64,000 nt of DNA from Bacteroidales bacterium (GTDB lineage Bacteria > Bacteroidota > Bacteroidia > Bacteroidales > ML635J-15). The notes below the pieces were generated by a model. That model was not told the origin of the DNA, did no database searches, and saw only the letters and a list, made by a program, of their open reading frames with translations. Positions 52,623-62,184 of this stretch are shown here, one piece after another. How positions within the stretch are numbered: position 1 is the first letter of the stretch; every line of letters begins with the position of its first letter. The stretch lies in contig JAFZRE010000033.1 in the NCBI GenBank assembly GCA_017620015.1, positions 146,530 through 210,529 on the forward strand, read 5' to 3'. Made by a program: the position numbers and the translations under genes.

Positions 52623-54296
52623 CTACTTTCCCCTATATTCCGTTGGAGATTTACCAAAGAACTTCTTGAATGCACGGGTGAAACTCGACTGGTCGTCGTA
52701 GCCACAACGAAGCGCAACATCCAAAACGGTAAGCGACGAATCGGTATCGAGCAGGTTACGGGCTTTCTGCATACGAATGCTTGTGATGTATGCCTGAGGC
52801 GTGGTGTTTGCCACTGCTGCCAGACGACGGCGGAACTGCGAAGTACTCATAGCAAGCTTAGAGGCCAACTCGTCAACATTTACGCACGAAGCATCTATCT
52901 GGTCGTTGATGATGGTCATTGCCTTCGACAGGAACTGCTTATCGCTTTCCGAAATATCTTCGGCATCTGGATTCTCAACCCTAATGATGTTCGCAAACTT
53001 CTCGTAAAGTTGTTCGTAATTGTTTTTCAACTCGTTGAAATCCAGAGAAATCTGCTTCAAACGATTTTGCTGCAACCGTGAACGACGGCGCACTCGCATG
53101 TAAAAGAACACAATAACACCCAGTAGCAATATTGCTACCACAATTCCTACCGCCAGTATTATATTTCTATTCTTTACCTTTTGGTTTTCGTCCGACAATT
53201 GTTCATTGTCGTACTCGGCGGTGTAACGCGCAAGGCTCTCAGTAGCACCATCATAATAAAGTTTGTTCTTGATGTCGTTGTACTTGTCGAGTTCGATTTT
53301 TGCGCTGTCGGGATTTATATCCCACAAGGCCTCGTAAAGTCCCTTGCGTGCCTGCAATTCGTTGAAAGGATTGTTCATCTTGTTGCACAAGTCCGCCGAC
53401 TCACGGAAATTATCCACAGCCAGCCTTTTCTGACCGAGAGCCATCAGCGCAGTACCGTTGTTGGTCAACGAAATAGCCAGCGACTGCACATTACCGGTTT
53501 TGCGGAAATAAGGGATTATGGTGTCGAAAATCTCAACGGCTTCTTTGCTACTGCCCATCTCCGTCAAAATCGTTGCCTTCTGTGCTAGATGAATGTTGGT
53601 GTGCATTTCCCTATTCTGCTGACGATCAAGCGCTATAGCACGATCAACATATTTGATAGCCTCGTCGAAATGCCCGAGCGAAAACTCGGTTTCCGACAAA
53701 GTTCCGCAGGTGCGCGCTATTCGTGCCGGGTCACCAGTCTTTTCGGCATACACCAGAGCCTCCTCCAAGTAAACAAGCCCTTGCTTCGACTGCTTGGCAG
53801 CAACATAGATAGAACCAATTATGTTCAGGGAAGCACTTATGCGGTCGTTGTCGCCCGATTCGCGGTCAATCTGATTGCAGAGTTTGGCGTAACTGATAGC
53901 ATCGTCGTACTTCGACTGACGCATATAGCAGATAGCAATCACGCTCAGGCATTCGCGCTCGTTCTCCTTGTCGCCACATGCTTGCAACAAGGGCAACGCA
54001 ACCAGACTGTAATCAGAACCTTTGTCGTAACGCCCTGTTGCCAAATACCATTCGCCAGCCCAGAAACTGACGGTTTTGCGCAATGTGTCGGCCGGAGCAG
54101 TGCTATTGAAAACAATGCCACTATCTGCTATCTGCCTTTCAGCAAAGCAGTTCATCAACCTGTTGCCAACTGTCACTGTCGGATTTTTGTCAAACTCCAC
54201 CAGTAAGGAATCAATCTCGTCAGCCTTAACAAAATGAATGTCAAGCACAATACACAATAGTGTCGCTGCTAACAATTTTGCAAATTTCACTTCCAT
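52623..54296 (-). CDS. Transmembrane TPR sensor / AraC-family HTH regulator
   Basis: Start refined to 54296 (MEVKFAKLLAATLLCIVL signal). ~350 aa of TPR-like repeats, a TM helix (ILAVGIVVAILLLGVIVFFY), and a C-terminal AraC HTH (..RMQKARNLL..VALRCGYDDQSSFTRAFKKFFG). Confidence 0.8.
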   Translation of the reverse strand: MEVKFAKLLAATLLCIVLDIHFVKADEIDSLLVEFDKNPTVTVGNRLMNCFAERQIADSGIVFNSTAPADTLRKTVSFWAGEWYLATGRYDKGSDYSLVALPLLQACGDKENERECLSVIAICYMRQSKYDDAISYAKLCNQIDRESGDNDRISASLNIIGSIYVAAKQSKQGLVYLEEALVYAEKTGDPARIARTCGTLSETEFSLGHFDEAIKYVDRAIALDRQQNREMHTNIHLAQKATILTEMGSSKEAVEIFDTIIPYFRKTGNVQSLAISLTNNGTALMALGQKRLAVDNFRESADLCNKMNNPFNELQARKGLYEALWDINPDSAKIELDKYNDIKNKLYYDGATESLARYTAEYDNEQLSDENQKVKNRNIILAVGIVVAILLLGVIVFFYMRVRRRSRLQQNRLKQISLDFNELKNNYEQLYEKFANIIRVENPDAEDISESDKQFLSKAMTIINDQIDASCVNVDELASKLAMSTSQFRRRLAAVANTTPQAYITSIRMQKARNLLDTDSSLTVLDVALRCGYDDQSSFTRAFKKFFGKSPTEYRGK

Positions 54297-54634
54297 CCTT
54301 CCAATCTCTTTTAAACACTTAAAGTTTAAGTTATCTGTCAATAGACTAATCAACAAAGATACTCCGCAAGCCGAACATCCATTTGACATTTTCTTACAAA
54401 ACTTGTGCAGAATATTACAAATTGAACAGCAAAACAATGCAATATCGTATTTGTTAATCTTCTGTAACGCACTATTATTCAACAAATTTCTCATTTTCAT
54501 ATCAACCTTTACACTGAAAAATCCAAACAAGCCAAAATCATAACAAGTTTCACTTGACACATTATGTTTTTTCAGTAAAATTTCTTTGCAAAAATAGGGA
54601 AAAAGATGGAAAGAAAAAAATCACCTCAACAATC

Positions 54635-54664
54635 TGTAGCGGTGCAATGCATTGCACCGTTACA
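54635..54664. repeat. Palindrome tgtagcggtgcaatgcattgcaccgttaca
   Basis: The core cggtgcaatgcattgcaccg (54640-54659) is perfect. Lies in a divergent promoter region. Confidence 0.75.
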
Positions 54665-54783
54665 ATTGAATTATAGAATTATTTTATTTTTTGTTGTTAA
54701 TATTTTTGTTATTTTCCTATTCAATTCATTTGCTATTCCTATACCAATTATTCTTATTTTTGGAAAATTTTATTGGCAAAAAT

Positions 54784-55380
54784 ATGTTTCTTGAAAGGAC
54801 GAGAAAAGGAGAACACAAGACTGGCTGGATAGAAGTCATTGCAGGCTCGATGTTTTCGGGTAAGACAGAGGAACTTATCCGCCGGTTGCGCCGCGCAGAA
54901 TTTGCAAAGCAGAAGGTCGAAATCTTCAAGCCTAGCATCGATGTGCGATATTCGGAAGAAGATGTTGTTTCGCACAACGCAAACGCCATACGCTCCACCC
55001 CCGTCTCCTCGTCCTCCAACATTCTGCTTCTAGCCACCGATGTCGATGTGGTCGGCATCGACGAAGCACAGTTCTTCGACAACGGCATTGTCGATGTATG
55101 TACCACCTTGGCAAACAATGGAATACGCGTAATCGTGGCAGGGCTCGACATGGACTTCCTTGGTCGTCCCTTCGGACCTATGCCCGCCCTGTTTGCTATT
55201 GCCGAAGAAGTCACCAAGGTTCACGCCATCTGCACGCACTGCGGCGAACTTGCACAGTACAGCTACCGCAAGTCGCAGAACAAAGGCGTCGTGCTGCTAG
55301 GCGAAAAGGACATCTACGAGCCTCTGTGCCGCAAATGCTACAACGAAGCTATCGAAAACGACAAAAACAATCAGGAATAA
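54784..55380 (+). CDS. tdk: Thymidine kinase
   Basis: Start refined to 54784. [12 protein letters not shown]-loop. Zn ligands CTHCG...CRKC. Confidence 0.9.
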   Translation: MFLERTRKGEHKTGWIEVIAGSMFSGKTEELIRRLRRAEFAKQKVEIFKPSIDVRYSEEDVVSHNANAIRSTPVSSSSNILLLATDVDVVGIDEAQFFDNGIVDVCTTLANNGIRVIVAGLDMDFLGRPFGPMPALFAIAEEVTKVHAICTHCGELAQYSYRKSQNKGVVLLGEKDIYEPLCRKCYNEAIENDKNNQE

Positions 55381-57839
55381 TGCAGACATTCAAACTACAG
55401 GAAGTATCGGAAATTGTTTCCGGCACACTCGTCGGAAACGGTGAACTGGAATTCTCAAAAATAGTAACCGACAGCCGTAACATCATAAACCCGTCGTCGT
55501 GTCTATTCGTGGCTGTAGTCGGCGAACAACACGACGGACACAACTACATCGACGACATATACCGCTCAGGCGTAAGGACTTTCCTCGTCAGCAAGGACAT
55601 AGACACTGCCAAATACGCTGGCATATCGTATGTGAAAGTGGCAAACACACTTGAAGCAATGCAGAAAATCGCCACCTACAAGCGCCTGAGATTCAACATT
55701 CCTGTAATCGGCATCACGGGCAGCAACGGAAAGACAATCGTCAAGGAATGGCTGCATTACCTGCTCAGTCCCTACTTCAACATCACACGAAGCCCAAAGA
55801 GCTACAACTCGCAGATTGGCGTTCCTCTGTCGGTATGGCTACTCGAAAAGGACACCGAACTTGCCATATTCGAAGCCGGTATCTCGCAGCCTGGCGAAAT
55901 GGAATCGCTCGAAAAGATTATCCGCCCTACAATCGGCATACTTACCAACATCGGAAGCGCTCACCAGAGCAACTTCGAGTCGCGCGAACAGAAAATCGAC
56001 GAGAAACTCAAGCTTTTCGAACACTGCGATACCATTATATATAATTGCGACGACGAATATGTCCACTCAAAAATCATAAATTCGGGAATCGGCAGAAACA
56101 GAATCACTTGGTCGGAAAAAGGAAACGGCACCATCAACCTGCTCGAAAAAAGTTTCCAGAACGGCAAGAACAACATCATCCTGCAGACCAAGCGCGATAC
56201 CTACATGATTAACATTCCGTTCGGCGACGACGGTTCCATCCAGAACTGTATCACATGCTTCTGCGTGATGTATTTGTTCAACAAGCTCGACAGCCAGACA
56301 ATTTTCAAGCAGTTCCGCTCGCTACCGGGAATAAAGATGCGACTTGAAACCCTCGACGGCATCAACAACAGCATACTCATAAACGACAGCTACAACTCCG
56401 ATATAAATTCGCTCGAAATTGCTCTCGACTACCTCAACCAGAAGAAGTCGAACCGCGAATCGCTGGTGATAATGTCGGACATCCTGCAAAACAACACCGA
56501 TGAAGTAAACCTTTACCGTGAAGTCGCAAAACTTTTGAAAACCAAGCAAGTTGACAAATTTATTGGCATTGGAAAGTCGATTATACACAACAAGAACCTC
56601 TTCCCTGCCAACTCGGTATTTTTCCAGAACACCGACAGCTTCATAAAGGCGTTCTCGACGCTCGATTTCGACCGCAAGGCAATACTTCTGAAAGGTGCGC
56701 GTGTGTTCCAGTTCGAGAAAATTTCGAAGAAACTACAGAACCAGACTCACGAGAGCGTCATCGAAACCGACCTCAGCCTGATGAAGCAAAACCTGCAGTT
56801 CTTCCAGTCGAAACTTGCACCGGGCACCAAGCTCACCGTAATGGTAAAGGCTTTTGCCTACGGAATCGGCTCACTCGAAATCGCCAATTTCCTGCAACGC
56901 AACAAAGTTGATTATCTGGCAGTTGCCATTGCCGACGAAGGCGTAGAACTGCGAAATGCCGGCATCAAGACTCCTATCATCGTTATGAACCCGAATATCA
57001 ATTCGCTGCAGAACATGATAGAATACGGTCTTGAACCCGAAATTTATTCGCTGTCACTGCTACGCAAGTTCATAAAGGAACTTAAGCGCAACAACACCCA
57101 GCACTTCCCTATCCACATAAAGCTCGACACGGGAATGCACCGTCTTGGCCTCAACTACGACGACCTCGACGACTTCTGCGCCGAAGCCGTCAGTACCGAC
57201 TGCATAAAGATAACATCGGTTTTCTCGCACCTTGTCGGTAGCGATGACCCCGCATTGGACTATTTCACCGAAGAGCAAGTAAGTCGTTTCGGCAAGATGT
57301 ACGACCGCATCTGCGAACTAACAGGCTCACGCCCAATGCGTCACATTCTCAACAGCGCAGGTATCATCCGCTTCCCACAGTACGACTTCGAGATGGTACG
57401 CCTCGGCATTGGCCTTCACGGACTTATGCCTCAGATTACCGATGCGCTGACACCAGTAACTACCTTCAAATCAATAATTTCGCAGATTCATCGCGTTCCT
57501 GCCGGCGAAACCGTAAGCTACAACCGCAAGGGTAAACTCGACCACGACGCACTAATCGCCACTATTCCAGTCGGTTATGCTGACGGAATCGACCGTCATC
57601 TAGGCAACGGCAATTGGTATTTTATGGTCAACGGCAAGAAAGCCCCAATCATCGGCAATGTTTGCATGGACATGTGCATGATTGACATCACAGGCATCGA
57701 TGCCGAAGAGCGCGACGAAGTTGTAATTTTCGGCAAGGACAACCCCATCTGCGACATGGCAAAAGTCCTAGACACAATACCATACGAAATACTTACAAGC
57801 ATTCCGCACAGAATTAAAAGGGTGTATTTTGAGGAATAA
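55380..57839 (+). CDS. murF: Bifunctional UDP-MurNAc-pentapeptide synthetase (MurF) / alanine racemase
   Basis: ATG 55380 overlaps the tdk stop by 1 nt. GITGSNGKT in the Mur ligase half. VMVKAFAYGIGS (PLP Lys) and YADG in the racemase half. Confidence 0.9.
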   Translation: MQTFKLQEVSEIVSGTLVGNGELEFSKIVTDSRNIINPSSCLFVAVVGEQHDGHNYIDDIYRSGVRTFLVSKDIDTAKYAGISYVKVANTLEAMQKIATYKRLRFNIPVIGITGSNGKTIVKEWLHYLLSPYFNITRSPKSYNSQIGVPLSVWLLEKDTELAIFEAGISQPGEMESLEKIIRPTIGILTNIGSAHQSNFESREQKIDEKLKLFEHCDTIIYNCDDEYVHSKIINSGIGRNRITWSEKGNGTINLLEKSFQNGKNNIILQTKRDTYMINIPFGDDGSIQNCITCFCVMYLFNKLDSQTIFKQFRSLPGIKMRLETLDGINNSILINDSYNSDINSLEIALDYLNQKKSNRESLVIMSDILQNNTDEVNLYREVAKLLKTKQVDKFIGIGKSIIHNKNLFPANSVFFQNTDSFIKAFSTLDFDRKAILLKGARVFQFEKISKKLQNQTHESVIETDLSLMKQNLQFFQSKLAPGTKLTVMVKAFAYGIGSLEIANFLQRNKVDYLAVAIADEGVELRNAGIKTPIIVMNPNINSLQNMIEYGLEPEIYSLSLLRKFIKELKRNNTQHFPIHIKLDTGMHRLGLNYDDLDDFCAEAVSTDCIKITSVFSHLVGSDDPALDYFTEEQVSRFGKMYDRICELTGSRPMRHILNSAGIIRFPQYDFEMVRLGIGLHGLMPQITDALTPVTTFKSIISQIHRVPAGETVSYNRKGKLDHDALIATIPVGYADGIDRHLGNGNWYFMVNGKKAPIIGNVCMDMCMIDITGIDAEERDEVVIFGKDNPICDMAKVLDTIPYEILTSIPHRIKRVYFEE

Positions 57840-57888
57840 TGGATAATTAACAATTGATAATTGACAATTAACATTGAAAGAACGTAAA

Positions 57889-58130
57889 CTGTCATGCTGA
57901 TCCCGAAATGTCATGCTGAATTTATTTCAGCATCTGAGATGACCCCTTCGGGTTTCAGCATCCGTTACTAAGATCCTGAAACAAGTTCAGGATGACCAAA
58001 GGGACCGATGTTTCTAGTCTTGTTTCTCTACACTGTCATGCTGAATTTATTTCAGCATCTGTTATTATCAGATCCTGAAACAAGTTCAGGATGACTTTTG
58101 GGGATGACCAACTTCATTTTTCCGCATCCG
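57889..58130 (+). repeat. Hairpin-module repeat cluster (same family as 8214-8447)
   Basis: gatcctgaaacaagttcaggatgac at 57972-57996 and 58071-58095. tgtcatgctgaatttatttcagcatctg at 57909-57936 and 58033-58061. gatgaccccttcgggtttcagcatccgttact at about 57938-57969. Confidence 0.85.
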
Positions 58131-58295
58131 TTAAAAACACACAAGACCTACTTCAACTCACCTCATTTCAATTCCACCGAATGTTCTACGATGAACGGCT
58201 CAAAGATTAGCTATTTTTATGTTATATAGCATCTTTTATGTCGGATTTTGCAATATAAAATGACATAACTTTGTAGCAAACTAATAATAACGAAT

Positions 58296-59315
58296 ATGAA
58301 GAAATGTAATTTTTGTGGTACTGAAAATGAAGATATTGCCGTATTCTGTGACGAATGCGGAAAGTCATTTTTCAAAAAGAAATGCGACAAGTGCGGAGCC
58401 GAAAACAGAATGTCCGCAAAGTTTTGCAATCAATGCGGAAGAAGTTTTAATGATGATGCAAAACCAGAAAGCAAGAAGGCAGAAGGTACAAAATCTAAAC
58501 ATATACCTATTAATGAGCCCATTGAAGAGCCGAATATAATCTATTACGAGGCTACTCAAAAAATAGAATTGCTTTTTATCAATGTATTTACCCTTTCGCA
58601 CAAATTTGCAAACGGCAAAGGCGAAGTCAAACTAATAGATGCAACTCCAAGAATATGGGAAAATGCATTCGCCAACAGCGAAGCTCTAACTTCAATGGTT
58701 ATTCCAAATTGCGTAAAAAAAATCGGGAAGTTTGCATTTGACAGATGTATAAACCTATCGAAAGTATATTTGCCAGAATCGTTAATTGAAATCGGAGAAT
58801 ACGCATTTAGAGACTGCTTCAATCTGTCGGAAGTTGAAATGCCAGATTCGGTAACAACAATAGAAAGTGGTGCTTTTGAAAGATGTGCCAACTTACACTC
58901 TGTAAAGTTTTCAAACAGCTTAAAGAAAATATCCGCTTACACTTTCAGAGATTGTATCAATTTGTCAGAAGTTGTGATACCTGATTCTGTAAATGAAGTC
59001 GAGTCTTCTGCATTTGAAGGTTGCAACAGCTTGCGTTCGGTGGTTATACCAAAATCAATAGATAAAATTAACAATTATTTATTCAATGATTGTATCAACT
59101 TGACATCTGTAGTAATTCCCGATTCTATAACGAATATTGGCGAGTGCGCTTTTAATGGGTGTATAAATTTGACATCCATAACAATTCCTGATTCGGTAAA
59201 AGAAATTGGCCGTGCTGCGTTTTTCGGATGCAACAATCTGCCAGCAGAAATCAAGGAAAGAATAATGGGAATAAACGAGGATGCCTTTATCGAAGAAGAA
59301 GGTTTGCCGTTTTAA
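58296..59315 (+). CDS. Double zinc-ribbon / BspA-type leucine-rich-repeat protein
   Basis: CNFCG..CDECG and CDKCG..CNQCG, then ~8 repeats of ~23 aa (IP.SV..IG..AF..C.NL.SV). No signal peptide. Confidence 0.75.
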   Translation: MKKCNFCGTENEDIAVFCDECGKSFFKKKCDKCGAENRMSAKFCNQCGRSFNDDAKPESKKAEGTKSKHIPINEPIEEPNIIYYEATQKIELLFINVFTLSHKFANGKGEVKLIDATPRIWENAFANSEALTSMVIPNCVKKIGKFAFDRCINLSKVYLPESLIEIGEYAFRDCFNLSEVEMPDSVTTIESGAFERCANLHSVKFSNSLKKISAYTFRDCINLSEVVIPDSVNEVESSAFEGCNSLRSVVIPKSIDKINNYLFNDCINLTSVVIPDSITNIGECAFNGCINLTSITIPDSVKEIGRAAFFGCNNLPAEIKERIMGINEDAFIEEEGLPF

Positions 59316-59366
59316 TGACAATTATACGAGAAAAACACTATTTTTGCAACAAATAAAGGATTTACG

Positions 59367-61676
59367 ATGAAAAAAATTTTGTTGATTTTGGCAACTTTGC
59401 TCATTGCAACGCAGTTTGCAACAGCAACTCCTGGATGCTACTGGGTATTTTTCCGCGATAAGGCGAATACGTCTTTCAATCCATATGAATATTTTGATGC
59501 TAAGGCAATTGAGCGCCGAGAGAAGTTGGGTTTGTCGCTATATGACATTACAGATTATCCGCTCAATGGCGGTTATGTAGATGCTGTTTCGGCTTTGTCG
59601 GAAGAAGTTGTCGGTGAATCGCGCTGGTTCAATGCAGTCGGCATTATGGCAGAGAACGAAAATATCGAAAAGATAAAGGCTTTGCCGTTTGTGTCGCGCA
59701 TTGTTGAAATAGCTGGCGAAATGGTTGTCGCTTCGTATGCAGGTATGGTTGACGAAGAAAACGATGAAAACTACGACATCGAAATGCTGAAGCCCGAACT
59801 TCTGCCACAACTTCTCAGAATGGAGGGCGAAAAGTTTGCCGAAAACAACATCGATGGTAAAGGCGTCAGGATTGCCGTATTTGACGGCGGTTTCCCGAAA
59901 GTTGACAAACACGAGATTTTCAGCCACCTTCGCGACAACAATCAGATTCTCAAGACATGGAACTTCCCGAACAAGAAAGAATATGTTTATAGTTGGAGTA
60001 CGCACGGCACAATGACTTTGAGCTGTATTGCAGGTGTGTACCAGACCGCTACTGGTGTGAAGAAGTTAGGTTTGGCTACAGGTTCTGAATTTCTGCTTGC
60101 TCGTACCGAGGTTAATCCCGAACCTTTCAAGGAGGAAATCTGGTGGACCCAGGCAATGGAGTGGGCTGACCAGAATGGTGCCGACATCATCAGTAGTTCG
60201 CTCGGTTACGGCAAGGATCGCTACTATACCAAGGATATGGATGGCACTTCGCATGTTGCCAAGGCTGCAAATATGGCGGCTCGCAAGGGTATGCTTGTAT
60301 TCAACTCGATGGGCAACGAGGCCGACGATGCCAGCTGGTACGTGCTTATTACTCCTGCCGATGCTGACAGTGTTATATCGGTTGGTGGAATCGAGGATTC
60401 GCTCGACAAGTACCGCCACATCGACTTTTCATCGTTCGGACCTACTGCCGATGGTCGCCGCAAACCTAATGTCGTCGCTTTCGGTCATGCATACGTTGCA
60501 AATCCAAAGGGTGGAATGACAACGGCTTACGGAACTTCGTTCTCGTGTCCACTGGCGGCTGGTTTTGGCGCTTGTGCTTGGCAGACAAAGCGCGACCTTA
60601 CCGCTATGCAACTGAAAGATGAGATAGAAAAGTCAGGTGATATTTATCCGTATTTTGATTATGCTTTAGGTTATGGCGTTCCGCAGGCAAGTTATTTCGT
60701 AGAAGGTGGAAAAAAGACGGTAGAACCTACATTCGAGTTCGAAAAAGATGGTAACACATTGAAGATAAAGTGTCAGCAGTTTAATGAAAATACCGAGGTT
60801 TTCTACAACCTTATGCGTGAGGATGGCAGATTGCATTCGTACGAACATGTTAATGCAGAGGGAGATGCGGTGATTACCATTAATAATATTGACTTGTATT
60901 CCAATTTTACGGTAAATGTGTATTATCACGGATATGTTGGCTCGTACAAGATTGAAGGTAACAAAGATGGGAATCTGGTATATGCACGCCAGCCTAACAC
61001 AAAAGTTACCGATGCAACAAAGATAATATCCCGAAATGAAAATCAATCGAAACGAGAGTTCGGCAAGCCGAAGAAAACACATTTGCTGTTGCAGATGAAC
61101 GCTGGTTTTGCTGGTGTTAAGACTTTTGAAGGCACTACAAACAAGCAGAAGTCAACGTTTTCGGCACTTATCGGTATGCAGTGGAACGCTTGCAAGAAAT
61201 ATAGCCTTGCTTTTGGCGTAGGTATGGGATTGGATGACTATAGAGGCGAAGCTCTTGATGGTATTAATTATGTTAGCTTTGCGTCTAGTGATCCGAATTT
61301 AATTCGAGAAAGATTCCGCACATCCAACCTTAACATTGAATTGTTCCAGCGTGTGAAACTTGCAAGCGGAGGTCTTCTTAGCAACGGACTTACTTGGGAT
61401 TTGGGCGTTTTCGGAATGTGGAATTTCGAAGACCGTTATGTTCAGGTTTGGCAGGCAGCGCTTGGCGACAATTACAGAAAGTCAAAAATCATAAATAAGA
61501 ATTACGACTTTATCAATCCGTTCCAGTGGGGTGTGAAGACTGCAATAACCTACGATATTGTTTCTGTTTATGCAAAACTTAGGATTTCCGATTTGCTAAA
61601 TCCATCTTTGTATCCAGGAACTTACAAGGACTTTATGAAACTGGAAATAGGTATGCAGTTGATTTTTGTTAAATAG
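59367..61676 (+). CDS. S8 (subtilisin) family serine peptidase with ~300-aa C-terminal extension
   Basis: Signal peptide. Catalytic D (VRIAVFDGG), H (HGTMTLSCIAG) and S (GTSFSCPLAAG). Beta-strand-like C-terminal region. Confidence 0.85.
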   Translation: MKKILLILATLLIATQFATATPGCYWVFFRDKANTSFNPYEYFDAKAIERREKLGLSLYDITDYPLNGGYVDAVSALSEEVVGESRWFNAVGIMAENENIEKIKALPFVSRIVEIAGEMVVASYAGMVDEENDENYDIEMLKPELLPQLLRMEGEKFAENNIDGKGVRIAVFDGGFPKVDKHEIFSHLRDNNQILKTWNFPNKKEYVYSWSTHGTMTLSCIAGVYQTATGVKKLGLATGSEFLLARTEVNPEPFKEEIWWTQAMEWADQNGADIISSSLGYGKDRYYTKDMDGTSHVAKAANMAARKGMLVFNSMGNEADDASWYVLITPADADSVISVGGIEDSLDKYRHIDFSSFGPTADGRRKPNVVAFGHAYVANPKGGMTTAYGTSFSCPLAAGFGACAWQTKRDLTAMQLKDEIEKSGDIYPYFDYALGYGVPQASYFVEGGKKTVEPTFEFEKDGNTLKIKCQQFNENTEVFYNLMREDGRLHSYEHVNAEGDAVITINNIDLYSNFTVNVYYHGYVGSYKIEGNKDGNLVYARQPNTKVTDATKIISRNENQSKREFGKPKKTHLLLQMNAGFAGVKTFEGTTNKQKSTFSALIGMQWNACKKYSLAFGVGMGLDDYRGEALDGINYVSFASSDPNLIRERFRTSNLNIELFQRVKLASGGLLSNGLTWDLGVFGMWNFEDRYVQVWQAALGDNYRKSKIINKNYDFINPFQWGVKTAITYDIVSVYAKLRISDLLNPSLYPGTYKDFMKLEIGMQLIFVK

Positions 61677-62138
61677 TTGAAAGTTAGTATTATCTGAAAA
61701 AAACGAATCGTCATTCCACAACCTTTAGCTCACGCAGCGAAGCAAGTAAAGCAGAGTGAACCGACTAAGGAACGTGTCGTGTGAACTCGCTTATGCGATA
61801 CCTTCAGCTCGGCGTAGCCAATCTCCCATTAGTACTTAGAGGAGATTACGGATAGCAGTCTTCACAACGCTCCCCATTCTGTATCGCGTGTTTCGACTAG
61901 CTTCCGAAATGACGCCCCTTTTTCACTCTTTCATCTTGCGCCAATCCTTCCACGAGATGTTTTTATGCCGTTGATTTCGCAGGATTGGTAAAAATATAAA
62001 GTTTTGAGCAAGGATTTTTTTGAAAAAAATGATATTTGTTTTGTAGTGTATTGACTGTTAGAATGTTGTGCTAATATAAATGAGTATCTGTTCTATGAAG
62101 ATAGGATTGGTTTACACTACAAAGTTTGTTGTCACAAC

Positions 62139-62168
62139 AAAAAAGGATGCGATTTCGCATCCTTTTTT
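62139..62168. terminator. Bidirectional intrinsic terminator after lpdA
   Basis: aaaaaaggatgcga tt tcgcatcctttttt. Confidence 0.75.
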
Positions 62169-62184
62169 GCATTTATAACATCGA

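Noticed and set aside
54297-54560. N-terminal extensions given by the ORF track: 54297-54560, 47832-47960, 55098-55379, 40656-40724, 27668-27748, 698-763 and 7090-7215.
   Set aside because: The extensions overlap upstream genes or repeats and lack family-typical sequence. Internal ATGs give canonical N-termini or signal peptides.
61677-62138. tmRNA, RNase P RNA, SRP RNA or a riboswitch in the long convergent spacer.
   Set aside because: I found none of the conserved cores on either strand: no GGTTCGA(A/T)TCC acceptor-like end, no GAGGAAAGTCC, no SRP GGAA/AGCA tetraloop helix. There is also no downstream gene for a riboswitch.
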